A stretch of 56,665 bases of DNA from contig JAERMM010000006.1 in NCBI GenBank assembly GCA_016844585.1, positions 1 through 56,665 on the forward strand. The letters are read 5' to 3'. This stretch comes from Chloroflexota bacterium. GTDB lineage: Bacteria > Chloroflexota > UBA6077 > SHYK01. Under the pieces are notes generated by a model, which saw nothing but the letters and a program-made list of their open reading frames with translations, searched no databases and was not told the DNA's origin. Shown in pieces: positions 46,341 to 55,268 of this stretch. Position 1 is the stretch's first letter. The number at the start of each line of letters is the position of its first letter. The translations under genes and the position numbers were made by a program.

Positions 46341-47316
46341 AACCTCCGCCGTCTCTTCGATCCGCGCGCTAGCGGAGCGGCTCGGCCCCGCCGCCCGCTG
46401 CGACGCGCCCCTTGCCCGCTACACGTCGATCCGCGTTGGCGGGACAGCAGACCTCTTTCTGGTCGCGAAGTCTCGAGACCAGTTGGTGGAAGCAGTGGAG
46501 CGAGCCGCCGAGCTCGAGATTCCTTGGCGCGTCATAGGTTCTGCCTCAAACCTTCTCGTCTCGGATGAAGGCGTGGACGGTCTGATAATCAAAGTCGGCG
46601 TTGGGACCACTTCGATCGAGACTTCGAACGATGAATCTGGCGCGTTGCTCCGAGCTGACGCTGGCTGCATTCTTGCAGCGGTTGCAAAACAGGCGGCGAA
46701 ACAAGGATACGGAGGACTCGAATGGGCGGCGAACGTCCCGGGCACCGTTGGAGCAGCCGTGGTAAACAACTCGGGCGCGTTCGGCTCTTGCACCTCCGAG
46801 CAACTCGCGTCAGCCGGGGTCTTTACTCCCGGGCACGGTGTGGCGACGTTGTCCGCCGCTGACTTGGATATGCACTATCGGTCGACGCGCTTGAAGCGAA
46901 ATGAGCTTAGAGGCGTCGTGCTGGATGCAGCATTCCGGGTCACGCCAGGTGACCCGATCGCTCTCGCTCAGCGAATCCGCGAGATTCAGGGGAGACGGAG
47001 GGCTACTCAGCCAACCGGTTTCAGCGTTGGGTCGGTGTTCGCCAACCCGTCAGGGGACACGGCGGGGCGACTCATCGAGACTTGCGGGCTCAAGGCGAGA
47101 CGACGGGGTGACGCCGAGGTGTCGCAGCTCCACGCAAACTTCATCGTGAACCGCGGGAGCGCTCGAGCCCGAGACGTTCTGGACTTGATGATGGAGGTCC
47201 AGAGGACTGTGTGGGAAAGGGCGGGACATTGGCTGTCGCCGGAGCTGCAGCTCGTCGGCCGCTGGACCGCTGAAGACTTGGTCGTCCTGTCGCGACCGCC
47301 TGGCGCCGCCCAGTGA
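46330..47316 (+). CDS. murB: UDP-N-acetylenolpyruvoylglucosamine reductase
   Basis: LARYTSIRVGGTADLF, GSASNLLV and GSVFANP. Confidence 0.9.
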   Translation: MRVKTSAVSSIRALAERLGPAARCDAPLARYTSIRVGGTADLFLVAKSRDQLVEAVERAAELEIPWRVIGSASNLLVSDEGVDGLIIKVGVGTTSIETSNDESGALLRADAGCILAAVAKQAAKQGYGGLEWAANVPGTVGAAVVNNSGAFGSCTSEQLASAGVFTPGHGVATLSAADLDMHYRSTRLKRNELRGVVLDAAFRVTPGDPIALAQRIREIQGRRRATQPTGFSVGSVFANPSGDTAGRLIETCGLKARRRGDAEVSQLHANFIVNRGSARARDVLDLMMEVQRTVWERAGHWLSPELQLVGRWTAEDLVVLSRPPGAAQ

Positions 47317-48158
47317 GCCGGGTCGTTCCGATGAGACGTCCGCCTCGTCGATCCAACGGTGGACGGCGCCAACGCGTCGAGGCCCCGCGAAGCAAGGCAC
47401 GCAAACCGGACGCACCGCGCAGCCCAATCATGATCAGACAGCACGTTCGGGGCATTTTCAGCGGTTGGTTCCTCGGGAAGCTCCTCGCGGTGGCAATTCT
47501 GGCTAGTGGAGCCTGGGCGTTTATCGAGGGTGCTTCGAGCCCACAGCTTCGAGTAACTCGGGTCGACGTTGTGGGCAACCGGCTTGTTGGAACCGACGAG
47601 ATTCTGTCCATGCTTTCAGTGGAGGGCGAAAACGTCTTCCTGATCCGCAGCCCACGCATCGAGCGGCGGCTGCTGGCGGACCCAGCCATCGAATGGTCGA
47701 CCGTCGAACCTCGACTTCCTGACCTCGTAGAGATCCATATTGGCGAGCGTCAACCCGCGGTAGTGTGGGACACGGGCGTGCGTAGGACCCTTGCTGACGC
47801 CGATGGGCTGGGACTGAGGGAAAGTCCGCCGGGGACCGTGTCCCTACCCGTCGTGCGCGCACCGGAGGGCCCAGAAGTCGACCCGGGTGGTCGTGCGGAC
47901 CGAGTTGCGGTACGCGTGGCCCAGGCTGTCGGCCCGCGGCTCGACGCGCTGGAGCTGCCCAATGGCTGGATTGAGTTCCACCCCAATAGCGGAGTCTCGC
48001 TGGTCACGCCGAGCGGCATGAGGGTTGCTCTCGGGTTCGGCGATGACGTCGAAAACAAGATCACTGCGTATCAGGCCATTCGCGGGTATCTTTCCCAGAC
48101 GAAAACACCGGCGAGCTTCATCGACGTTCGATTTCATGAACGGCCCTATTTCCGCTAG
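47313..48158 (+). CDS. ftsQ: Cell division protein FtsQ (POTRA domain)
   Basis: Basic N-terminus, TM helix LGKLLAVAILASGAWAF, then POTRA-like RVTRVDVVGNRLVGTDEI. dcw position. Confidence 0.75.
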   Translation: MSRVVPMRRPPRRSNGGRRQRVEAPRSKARKPDAPRSPIMIRQHVRGIFSGWFLGKLLAVAILASGAWAFIEGASSPQLRVTRVDVVGNRLVGTDEILSMLSVEGENVFLIRSPRIERRLLADPAIEWSTVEPRLPDLVEIHIGERQPAVVWDTGVRRTLADADGLGLRESPPGTVSLPVVRAPEGPEVDPGGRADRVAVRVAQAVGPRLDALELPNGWIEFHPNSGVSLVTPSGMRVALGFGDDVENKITAYQAIRGYLSQTKTPASFIDVRFHERPYFR

Positions 48159-48262
48159 TTGCGTTTGTGCTCTGCTCAATAGTCCGTTGCTGAGCGTCAT
48201 AATTGGTCTGGTATCATCGGCCAGCCCAAAAGTCATGGGGTGACAAAATCGCTCGAGACCAG

Positions 48263-49477
48263 ATGATTGTCGGAATCGACGTCGGCACCACGAAAGTGTG
48301 CACTTTGATTGCTGACGTCAGCCGCGACCTTACCGAGGTTCTGGGCGTGGGCATTGCTCCCTCACAAGGCGTCAAAAGGGGGGTGATCGTCGATGTCGAA
48401 GCGGCGGTCGACGCGATTTCCGCGTCGCTTCGCCGAGCGGAGCAGCAGTCCGGATTCAAAGCGATGAGCGCTTTCGTGGGGGTTTCAGGCGCTCACATTC
48501 TCTCAACGAACAGTCACGCCGTCATCAACCTCCGCCCGGCTGAGAGTGTCATCGGGTTCGATGACGTGTCAAGAGTTATCGACGGAACGCGCATAGTCCA
48601 GTTGCCCCCCGACCAGGAGATCGTTCATGTCGTCCCGCGGCACTTCATCGTCGATGGCCGGGATGGACTCGCCAACCCGGTTGGCATGACCGGGCATCGT
48701 CTCGAGGTCGAAGCGAATATCGTGACCGGGTCGGTAACATCGATCCACAACCTCATGCGCTGCATTCAACCGGTTCATGTGGAGCTGGACGCGCTGGTTC
48801 TCGAGCCGCTTGCCGCTGGAAAGGCGGTCCTGACCGATGAGGAGCAGATGCAAGGCGCCATGGTCATCGACATCGGCGGAGGCACCACGGGGGCAGCAGT
48901 CTTTCGTGACGGCAGTCTGATTCACAGCTGCGTGCTCCCGGTAGGCGGGTTTCAGATCAGCAACGACCTTGCCATCGGTCTGCGGGCGACGTTCCAGATC
49001 GCTGAGGAGGTAAAGGTTCGCCACGGGTCGACGATTGAGTACGCATCGGGGAATGGACAGATGGTCACGATTCCCGACTACGGACGGGGCGAGGGCCATT
49101 CCGTCGACCAGCGCATAGCTGCCGAGATCATTGATGCGCGCCTCGCCGAAACGTTCGAGCTGGTTCAGGAACAGATGCTGCGGGCCGGCTTCGGCTATGC
49201 ATATCCTGCCGGCGTTGTCATAACCGGGGGCAGTTCCCAGATTCCCGGCACAGCGGCCCTGGCCTTCGAGGTATTCGGGGTTCCGTGCCGTTTGGGCGCC
49301 CCACGTCGCCTGCATGGTTTGGCCGATGCCGTGCGAGGTCCAGCGTTTTCGACCAGCGTCGGGCTGATCGAATGGGGTCGAGAGCAGCTTGACCAGAGCA
49401 CGCAGACCGAGCCGTCGACAGGTGTCGGACGGGCTGGAGCCACGATCCGTGCCTGGCTCCGGAACTTTTTCGCATGA
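48263..49477 (+). CDS. ftsA: Cell division protein FtsA
   Basis: [28 protein letters not shown] and [11 protein letters not shown]. Confidence 0.9.
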   Translation: MIVGIDVGTTKVCTLIADVSRDLTEVLGVGIAPSQGVKRGVIVDVEAAVDAISASLRRAEQQSGFKAMSAFVGVSGAHILSTNSHAVINLRPAESVIGFDDVSRVIDGTRIVQLPPDQEIVHVVPRHFIVDGRDGLANPVGMTGHRLEVEANIVTGSVTSIHNLMRCIQPVHVELDALVLEPLAAGKAVLTDEEQMQGAMVIDIGGGTTGAAVFRDGSLIHSCVLPVGGFQISNDLAIGLRATFQIAEEVKVRHGSTIEYASGNGQMVTIPDYGRGEGHSVDQRIAAEIIDARLAETFELVQEQMLRAGFGYAYPAGVVITGGSSQIPGTAALAFEVFGVPCRLGAPRRLHGLADAVRGPAFSTSVGLIEWGREQLDQSTQTEPSTGVGRAGATIRAWLRNFFA

Positions 49478-49529
49478 GACGAAGGGCCAGGGGGTTCGAC
49501 GTGCGCACGGCGGGGCCGGGCGCGAAAGG

Positions 49530-50690
49530 ATGGAGCTATTGATGATCGGCCAGATGGACGGCGCCGCGCGGATCGTCGTGCTCGGAATCGGTGGCGGCGG
49601 GTGCAACGCCGTGGACCGCATGATCGCAGCCGGTCTTGGAGGCGTAGAGTTCGTCGCCGTCAACACAGATCAGCAGGCATTGACTCGGTCCGATGCGCCC
49701 AGGCGGATCCGGCTAGGCGAGAAACTCACCCGCGGGCTCGGAGCCGGTGGAAACCCTATTGTCGGCGCAAAGGCAGCCGAGGAGACGGCTGACGAGTTGT
49801 TCGACGTGTGTCGGGGGGCCGACATGGTATTCATCGCCGCCGGGATGGGCGGGGGGACCGGAACTGGTGGATCCCGGGTCGTCGCGCAGATCGCGCAAGA
49901 GGTCGGCGCCCTCACGGTTGGTGTCGTTACCAAACCGTTCGCCTTCGAAGGATCTCGGCGGCGACGAACAGCCGAGGAGGGAATCAGCGCTCTGCAGGCG
50001 CAGCTCCACACCCTCATCGTCATTCCGAACGATCGGGTGCTTCAAGTCATTGACAAGCGCACGACAGTCCAGCAGGCATTCGCCGTGGCCGATGATGTGC
50101 TTCGGCAGGGAATCCAGGGCATATCCGAACTCATAACCCGCCCGGGCCTGATCAATCTGGATTTTGCCGATGTGAAGAGCGTCATGTCCGAGTCCGGCAT
50201 CGCGCTTATGGCCATCGGATCGGCGGCAGGCGAGAATCGCGCCGTTGAGGCTGCGCAGGCCGCAATGGCGAGCCCGCTGCTCGACCTGTCCATGCAGGGG
50301 GCCCGCGGCGTGCTGTTCAATATTACGAGCGGGCCGGACCTGAGTCTGGCCGACGTCAACCGAGCGGCCGATGTGATCCGCGCGGCTGCTGACCCGGACG
50401 CAAACATCATTTTTGGCACAGTGATCGACGAGAGTCTGACCGACGAAGTGCGAATCACCGTGATTGCCACGGGCTTCGACGCTTCTGCCTCCGGCGTGAG
50501 CACCCGCTCCACCGGCTCATTCCGCGGCTTTCAATTTCCGGAGAGCTCCGAACCCGCGCCGCCGGCATACGGCAGCCCGACCGCCGAAGAGCCATATGAC
50601 GCGCTTCGCCGGTTCGGGCAACGGCCGACGGGCCTCGATGATCCCCTGCCCCCGGGCCCCGATTGGACCCGGGGGCAGACCCGCCGTTAG
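49530..50690 (+). CDS. ftsZ: Cell division protein FtsZ
   Basis: ATG 49530 after [29 protein letters not shown] and NLDFADV. Confidence 0.95.
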   Translation: MELLMIGQMDGAARIVVLGIGGGGCNAVDRMIAAGLGGVEFVAVNTDQQALTRSDAPRRIRLGEKLTRGLGAGGNPIVGAKAAEETADELFDVCRGADMVFIAAGMGGGTGTGGSRVVAQIAQEVGALTVGVVTKPFAFEGSRRRRTAEEGISALQAQLHTLIVIPNDRVLQVIDKRTTVQQAFAVADDVLRQGIQGISELITRPGLINLDFADVKSVMSESGIALMAIGSAAGENRAVEAAQAAMASPLLDLSMQGARGVLFNITSGPDLSLADVNRAADVIRAAADPDANIIFGTVIDESLTDEVRITVIATGFDASASGVSTRSTGSFRGFQFPESSEPAPPAYGSPTAEEPYDALRRFGQRPTGLDDPLPPGPDWTRGQTRR

Positions 50691-50703
50691 AGGGCCGGTA
50701 GCG

Positions 50704-51384
50704 ATGAGTGTCCACGAGCGACTGGCTCTCGTTCGGGAACGGATCGCGGATGCCGCGATTCACAGTGGGCGGATCCCAGGCGCCATCCGGCTTGTCGGTG
50801 TGAGTAAGGGGATGCTCGCTCCGATGATCGCCGAGGCGGTCGAGGCGGGGCTCGAAGACGTTGGTGAGAATCGTGTTCAGGAGGCCGCCGAGAAGATCCC
50901 CAGCGTTGACGCATCCGTTTCAGCGGCGCCGCGCTGGCATCTCGTGGGGCACCTTCAAACCAACAAAGTCCGTGCCGCCTTGGGACTGTTCGACACCATC
51001 CAGTCCATCGACAGTGTTCGCGTTGCTCAGGCCATTTCACACAGTGCTGCACGTCCCGTGCGGGTGTTCCTTGAGGTGCAGTTCGCGCACACGCCCGACC
51101 GCTTCGGCTTCGACCCTGATGGCATCGGCGAGGCCGTCGAGGCGATTCGCGCACTTCCAAGTATGGATGTCGTCGGACTCATGACTGTCGCCCCGTTGGG
51201 CCTTACCGCGGACGAGACGCGACGAATCTTCCGTACACTTCGTGAGCGACGTGACGCGCTCCACGAATCGCGGCCGAGCGTTCCTCTACTTGAACTGTCG
51301 ATGGGAATGTCCGAGGATTTCCCCCTAGCAATCGAAGAGGGCGCGACGGTGGTGCGCATTGGACGCGCAATCTTCGCCGCCTGA
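50704..51384 (+). CDS. yggS: YggS-family pyridoxal-phosphate homeostasis protein
   Basis: LVGVSKG, WHLVGHLQTNKV, and LSMGMSEDF..VRIG. Confidence 0.85.
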   Translation: MSVHERLALVRERIADAAIHSGRIPGAIRLVGVSKGMLAPMIAEAVEAGLEDVGENRVQEAAEKIPSVDASVSAAPRWHLVGHLQTNKVRAALGLFDTIQSIDSVRVAQAISHSAARPVRVFLEVQFAHTPDRFGFDPDGIGEAVEAIRALPSMDVVGLMTVAPLGLTADETRRIFRTLRERRDALHESRPSVPLLELSMGMSEDFPLAIEEGATVVRIGRAIFAA

Positions 51385-51396
51385 CCCTGGAGCACT

Positions 51397-51684
51397 ATGT
51401 TCATTCAGTTCTTGCTCTACTTTGTCTCCGCGCTGTTCGAGATCCTCTTCTGGGCCATCATCGCCCGGTCGCTCCTTTCATGGTTCCCGATGCGTCCTGG
51501 AAATCCCTTCTTCCAACTCGCAGTCGTTCTCAATCAGATCACCGAGCCAATCCTTGGCCCGCTTCGCCGCGTCATTCCAATGATCGGCATGATGGACATC
51601 TCACCCATCGTCGCCCTTTTGCTGCTCCGGTTCATCGAAGGCGCCCTAACCCAGGCCTTGATCAGCGCGTCGCGGAGCTTTTAG
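51397..51684 (+). CDS. yggT: YggT-family membrane protein
   Basis: 95 aa, two hydrophobic segments, ...ARSLLSWFP...ITEPILGPLRRVIP. Follows yggS as in many genomes. Confidence 0.8.
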   Translation: MFIQFLLYFVSALFEILFWAIIARSLLSWFPMRPGNPFFQLAVVLNQITEPILGPLRRVIPMIGMMDISPIVALLLLRFIEGALTQALISASRSF

Positions 51685-51691
51685 CGTCGTT

Positions 51692-51982
51692 TCACGCACC
51701 TCCGATCTCGACGATCTTAGTCCGGCCGCGTTGGCCCGCCACAACTCTTACCTGCGAGGCCCGCACCCCAAGACGCTCAGCAAGAAGGCGGCACAGCGCA
51801 TCATTGGCCTTTCCATCGATGGGCGCGGTCCCTTCAGCCCGAAGCGTGATGTCCTCCCCTCCCTTGTCCTGGAAGGAGTACATTTCCTTTTCCACGACAT
51901 CAGTCATCTCGCCGGAGGCCGCGACGCTATAATAGGAGCCCCGGGCGAGCGCCTCGAGTATTCGCGTCTCCCCAAGCGTCAG
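51692..51982 (-). CDS. DUF167 (YggU-family) protein carrying a 32-codon HisRS-derived insert; start codon unresolved
   Basis: The C-terminus DGKANDALCRLLAERLGVRASQVRVVAGQRGRTKIVEI matches the DUF167 core (..dGkAN.al..lLa..lgv..s.v.iv.G..sR.K.v.i). The N-terminal ...RILEALARGSYYSVAASGE fits the first strands weakly. Between them lies the left arm of the 99-bp repeat. The only in-frame starts before hisS are CTG or ATA. Confidence 0.5.
   Translation of the reverse strand: MTLGETRILEALARGSYYSVAASGEMTDVVEKEMYSFQDKGGEDITLRAEGTAPIDGKANDALCRLLAERLGVRASQVRVVAGQRGRTKIVEIGGA
51817..51915. repeat. Left arm of perfect 99-bp inverted repeat
   Basis: Exact reverse complement of 52158-52256 (99/99, checked by hand). 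Confidence 0.97.
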
Positions 51983-52000
51983 ATTCCAACGAGGTGAACG

Positions 52001-53233
52001 GTGTTTCAGGCCCCTCGCGGCACTCAGGACATCCTGCCAGACGACCTGGCCCACTGGACGTTCGTCGAGCGAACCGCCCGCCGCTTCGCTGCGCTGTTCG
52101 GCTATTCCGAGATCCGCACCCCGACCTTCGAAGACACTGGCCTCTTCCACCATGGCGCCGGCGAGATGACTGATGTCGTGGAAAAGGAAATGTACTCCTT
52201 CCAGGACAAGGGAGGGGAGGACATCACGCTTCGGGCTGAAGGGACCGCGCCCATCGCGCAGCCGATCCGTCTCTTCAGCCTGATCAGCGTTTTTCGATAC
52301 GACCGTCCACAGGCAGGACGCCTTCGAGAGCATCACCAGTTCGATTGTGAGGCGTTCGGCGAGGAAGATGCCGCCCTGGACGCCGAGACCATCACCCTGC
52401 TGTGGCGCTTTTATGAGGCGCTGGGCCTCAGCGGCCTATCGATTCAGCTCAACTCTATTGGCGACCTCGAGTGCCGACCGGCCTACATCGCTCGGCTTCG
52501 CGCTCACTACGCTGGCCGCGAGGCCGACTTGTGCGGCGACTGCCGCCGACGTCTTGAAAAGAATCCGCTGCGCCTGCTTGACTGCAAGGTCCCCACATGC
52601 CAGCCAATTGCCGACGCTGCACCGTCTTTCGTCGACAGCCTTTGCCATCCCTGCGCAGAGCACTTTGCGCAGGTTCGAGCGGCGCTCGATGCCGAGAACA
52701 TCCCGGTCATGCTCAACCGCCGCCTGGTGCGAGGATTCGACTACTACACGCGAACCGTGTTTGAAGTGTGGCCGCAACACATTGGCGCCCAGTCGTCCAT
52801 TGGGGGAGGCGGTCGCTACGACGGGCTTGCCGAGCAGATCGGAGGTCGCCACACGCCGGGCGTCGGATTTGGCACAGGCATTGAGCGCTTGATCTTGAAT
52901 CTCAAACGGCAGGGAGTCGAGGTCCCGCCCGCCGACCGGCCAATCGCCTACGTCGCCCACATGAGCGAAGCAGCCCGGAGCGCTGCGCAATTGTTCGCCA
53001 GCATGCTGCGTGCGAGTGGCATTCCGACAGTGCTCGGCGTTGGGAATCGGCCGGTTCGCGCCCGCCTTCGCAACGCCGACTCAATCGGGGTTCGGTGGAC
53101 AGCACTCTTCGGAGACGACGAACTTCGCGACGGATCTGTATCGTTGCGCGACATGTCCACAACGGCGCCCGAGACCGTGCCGGTCGCGGTGGCAGTCGAC
53201 CGGATCGCCGCGACTGCGGGGAAATCGGCATGA
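52001..53233 (+). CDS. hisS: Histidine--tRNA ligase (with an internal ~13-residue gap relative to the family)
   Basis: MFQAPRGTQDILP, TDVVEKEMYSFQDKGGEDITLRAEGTAP, FRYDRPQAGR, LVRGFDYYTRTVFE, GGGGRYDGL, and an anticodon-binding domain. GAGGTG lies 4 nt before GTG 52001. Confidence 0.85.
   Translation: MFQAPRGTQDILPDDLAHWTFVERTARRFAALFGYSEIRTPTFEDTGLFHHGAGEMTDVVEKEMYSFQDKGGEDITLRAEGTAPIAQPIRLFSLISVFRYDRPQAGRLREHHQFDCEAFGEEDAALDAETITLLWRFYEALGLSGLSIQLNSIGDLECRPAYIARLRAHYAGREADLCGDCRRRLEKNPLRLLDCKVPTCQPIADAAPSFVDSLCHPCAEHFAQVRAALDAENIPVMLNRRLVRGFDYYTRTVFEVWPQHIGAQSSIGGGGRYDGLAEQIGGRHTPGVGFGTGIERLILNLKRQGVEVPPADRPIAYVAHMSEAARSAAQLFASMLRASGIPTVLGVGNRPVRARLRNADSIGVRWTALFGDDELRDGSVSLRDMSTTAPETVPVAVAVDRIAATAGKSA
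52158..52256. repeat. Right arm of perfect 99-bp inverted repeat (inside hisS, codons 54-85)
   Basis: Exact reverse complement of 51817-51915. Confidence 0.97.
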
Positions 53234-54321
53234 GCATGGTCGCTGAGGGACTCAACGCCGGATTCCGCTCCCGCATCGTGGACGCGGAGGCGCGCCTGGA
53301 AGAGATCGGCCGGTTGATGTCCAGCCCGGACGTTGTCACGGATTCGCGGCAACTCCAACAACTGGGGCGTGAGCAAGCGACACTGACACCTATCGTAGAG
53401 CGCGGCAGGGCCTTCTTCGAGGTCGAGCGGCGGATTGATGACAACCGCGCGCTGCTGGATGACACCGACGACGAGATGCGTGCGCTCGCTGAGGAGGAGC
53501 TCCGGGATCTGGATGAGAAGCGGGACACGCTGGCTGCTGAGCTTCTCGAGCTGCTACGCCCACACGACCCGAACGACGAGCGAGACGTCATCATGGAGAT
53601 CCGGGCCGGAACGGGGGGCGACGAGGCGGCGTTATTTGCCGCGGACCTTTTGCGGATGTACCTCCGCTACGCGGAGGCCAGACGGTGGAAGACAGAGATC
53701 ATCTCGGGCAGCGAGAGCGGTTTGGGTGGCCTGCGAGAGTCAATCGTCGAGATCGCGGGACGCGGGGCCTACAGTCGGCTCAAGTTCGAGAGCGGTGTTC
53801 ACCGCGTGCAGCGGGTACCCGTTACAGAGGCGAGCGGCCGTATCCACACGTCCACCGCAACGGTTGCCGTGCTGCCAGAGGCGGAGGAGATCGACATCCA
53901 GATCGCCGAGGACGAGCTGCGCGTCGACGTGTACCGGTCCACCGGGCACGGCGGGCAGAGCGTCAACACCACGGACTCAGCGGTCCGGATTACTCACCTG
54001 CCCAGCGGGATGGTTGTTACCTGTCAGGACGAAAAGAGCCAGCTCAAGAACAAGAATAAAGCGATGGCGGTCCTGCGGTCTCGCCTCTTCGATCTGCAGC
54101 AGCGGGAGCAGCACAACCAGGTTGCCGAAATGCGTCGTTCGCAAGTTGGCACCGGAGAGCGCGCCGAAAAGATCCGTACCTACAACTATCGCGAGAACCG
54201 ACTCACCGACCACCGGATCGGACTCACCCTCTACAGCCTCGACGTCATCATGCAGGGCCAGCTTGACATGGTCATCGACCCCCTAGTCATGGCATCTCGG
54301 GACGACGGCGGACTGCAGTGA
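53230..54321 (+). CDS. prfA: Peptide chain release factor 1
   Basis: ATG 53230 overlaps the hisS stop (ATGA). RVPVTE (PxT tripeptide) and HGGQSVNTTDSAVRITHLPSG. Confidence 0.95.
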   Translation: MSMVAEGLNAGFRSRIVDAEARLEEIGRLMSSPDVVTDSRQLQQLGREQATLTPIVERGRAFFEVERRIDDNRALLDDTDDEMRALAEEELRDLDEKRDTLAAELLELLRPHDPNDERDVIMEIRAGTGGDEAALFAADLLRMYLRYAEARRWKTEIISGSESGLGGLRESIVEIAGRGAYSRLKFESGVHRVQRVPVTEASGRIHTSTATVAVLPEAEEIDIQIAEDELRVDVYRSTGHGGQSVNTTDSAVRITHLPSGMVVTCQDEKSQLKNKNKAMAVLRSRLFDLQQREQHNQVAEMRRSQVGTGERAEKIRTYNYRENRLTDHRIGLTLYSLDVIMQGQLDMVIDPLVMASRDDGGLQ

Positions 54322-55268
54322 CGACGCTTGCTTCGGTCCAACAGGCGGCTGAACCGTCTGCCAGGGCGACGACCTCAGGGCTCCTGTCGGCCGCCAGGGC
54401 TCGAATGGCACAGGCTGGTGTCGACTCGCCGTGGCTCACAGCCCTGATCCTGCTGGAACGGACGAGTGGCATTGGCCGCGAAGCCGTTTTGGCGCATCCC
54501 GAGTCAGTCCCCACCCCTCTGGAGAATCAATGGTTCTGGGAACTGGTGGAGCGCCGTTGCTCGCGCGAGCCGCTGGCATACATTGTCGGCTTTCGCGAGT
54601 TTTTCGGTCGGCGCTTCGCCGTCACGCGTGACACGCTCATTCCGCGACCGGAGACCGAGGGGATCGTGCAGCTTGCCCTGGACCAACTGTCCCGCATCGA
54701 AGGGGAGGCAAGAAGCGCGGTTGCAGAAATGAGTAACGGTGGTGAGCAGACGCCCGCCTTGCTGTTGGACGTTGGGACCGGAAGTGGCGCGATCGCGGTC
54801 ACGTTGCTCGACCAGAAACCACACCTGCGAGCCGTCGCGACAGATATCGACGACGCAGCGCTCCGGGTGGCGAGCCTGAACGCGCGGGAGCACGGAGTGT
54901 CAGCCCGGCTGCAACTCGTGGCGTGCGATCTCGCGGAGGCGCTCCGCGTTACGTTCCCACTCATCGTCGCCAATCTTCCGTACATTCCCACGTCTCATAT
55001 GGATGCTCTGGAGCCCGAGGTCTCTCGCTATGAGCCGATGAGCGCACTTGATGGGGGTCCATACGGAACCGCGGTCATGGATCGGCTTCTCGCGACGCTT
55101 CCCGGCAGGTTGGCGCCGCGTGGCTGCGCGATCCTCGAGATCGGCGAGCATCAGGCAGGCCGCCTGCGCAAGCGTGCGTCACAGCACCTGCCCGGGTGGC
55201 CTGTCACCTTCGAGCGAGACGCCGCCGACATCGAGCGGTTTCTCGTAATCAGTCGGCCGGAGACGTGA
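54318..55268 (+). CDS. prmC: Release factor glutamine N5-methyltransferase
   Basis: REPLAYIVGFREFFG, LLDVGTGSGAIAV and VANLPYIP. 4-nt overlap with prfA. Confidence 0.9.
   Translation: MTTLASVQQAAEPSARATTSGLLSAARARMAQAGVDSPWLTALILLERTSGIGREAVLAHPESVPTPLENQWFWELVERRCSREPLAYIVGFREFFGRRFAVTRDTLIPRPETEGIVQLALDQLSRIEGEARSAVAEMSNGGEQTPALLLDVGTGSGAIAVTLLDQKPHLRAVATDIDDAALRVASLNAREHGVSARLQLVACDLAEALRVTFPLIVANLPYIPTSHMDALEPEVSRYEPMSALDGGPYGTAVMDRLLATLPGRLAPRGCAILEIGEHQAGRLRKRASQHLPGWPVTFERDAADIERFLVISRPET

Noticed and set aside
51916-52000. T-box or other known leader upstream of hisS.
   Set aside because: The leader is only about 70-85 nt long. It has no specifier-loop or T-box (AGGGTGGTACCGCG-like) sequence and no terminator/antiterminator pair.
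51731-52153. ORF 51731-51997 (+, 88 aa) and the extension of the minus-strand ORF to ATG 52153 or 52336.
   Set aside because: Their only notable content (GRGPFSPKRDVLPSLVLEGVHFLFHDISHLAG) is the antisense reading of the two repeat arms. The rest is antisense to hisS, with no family similarity.
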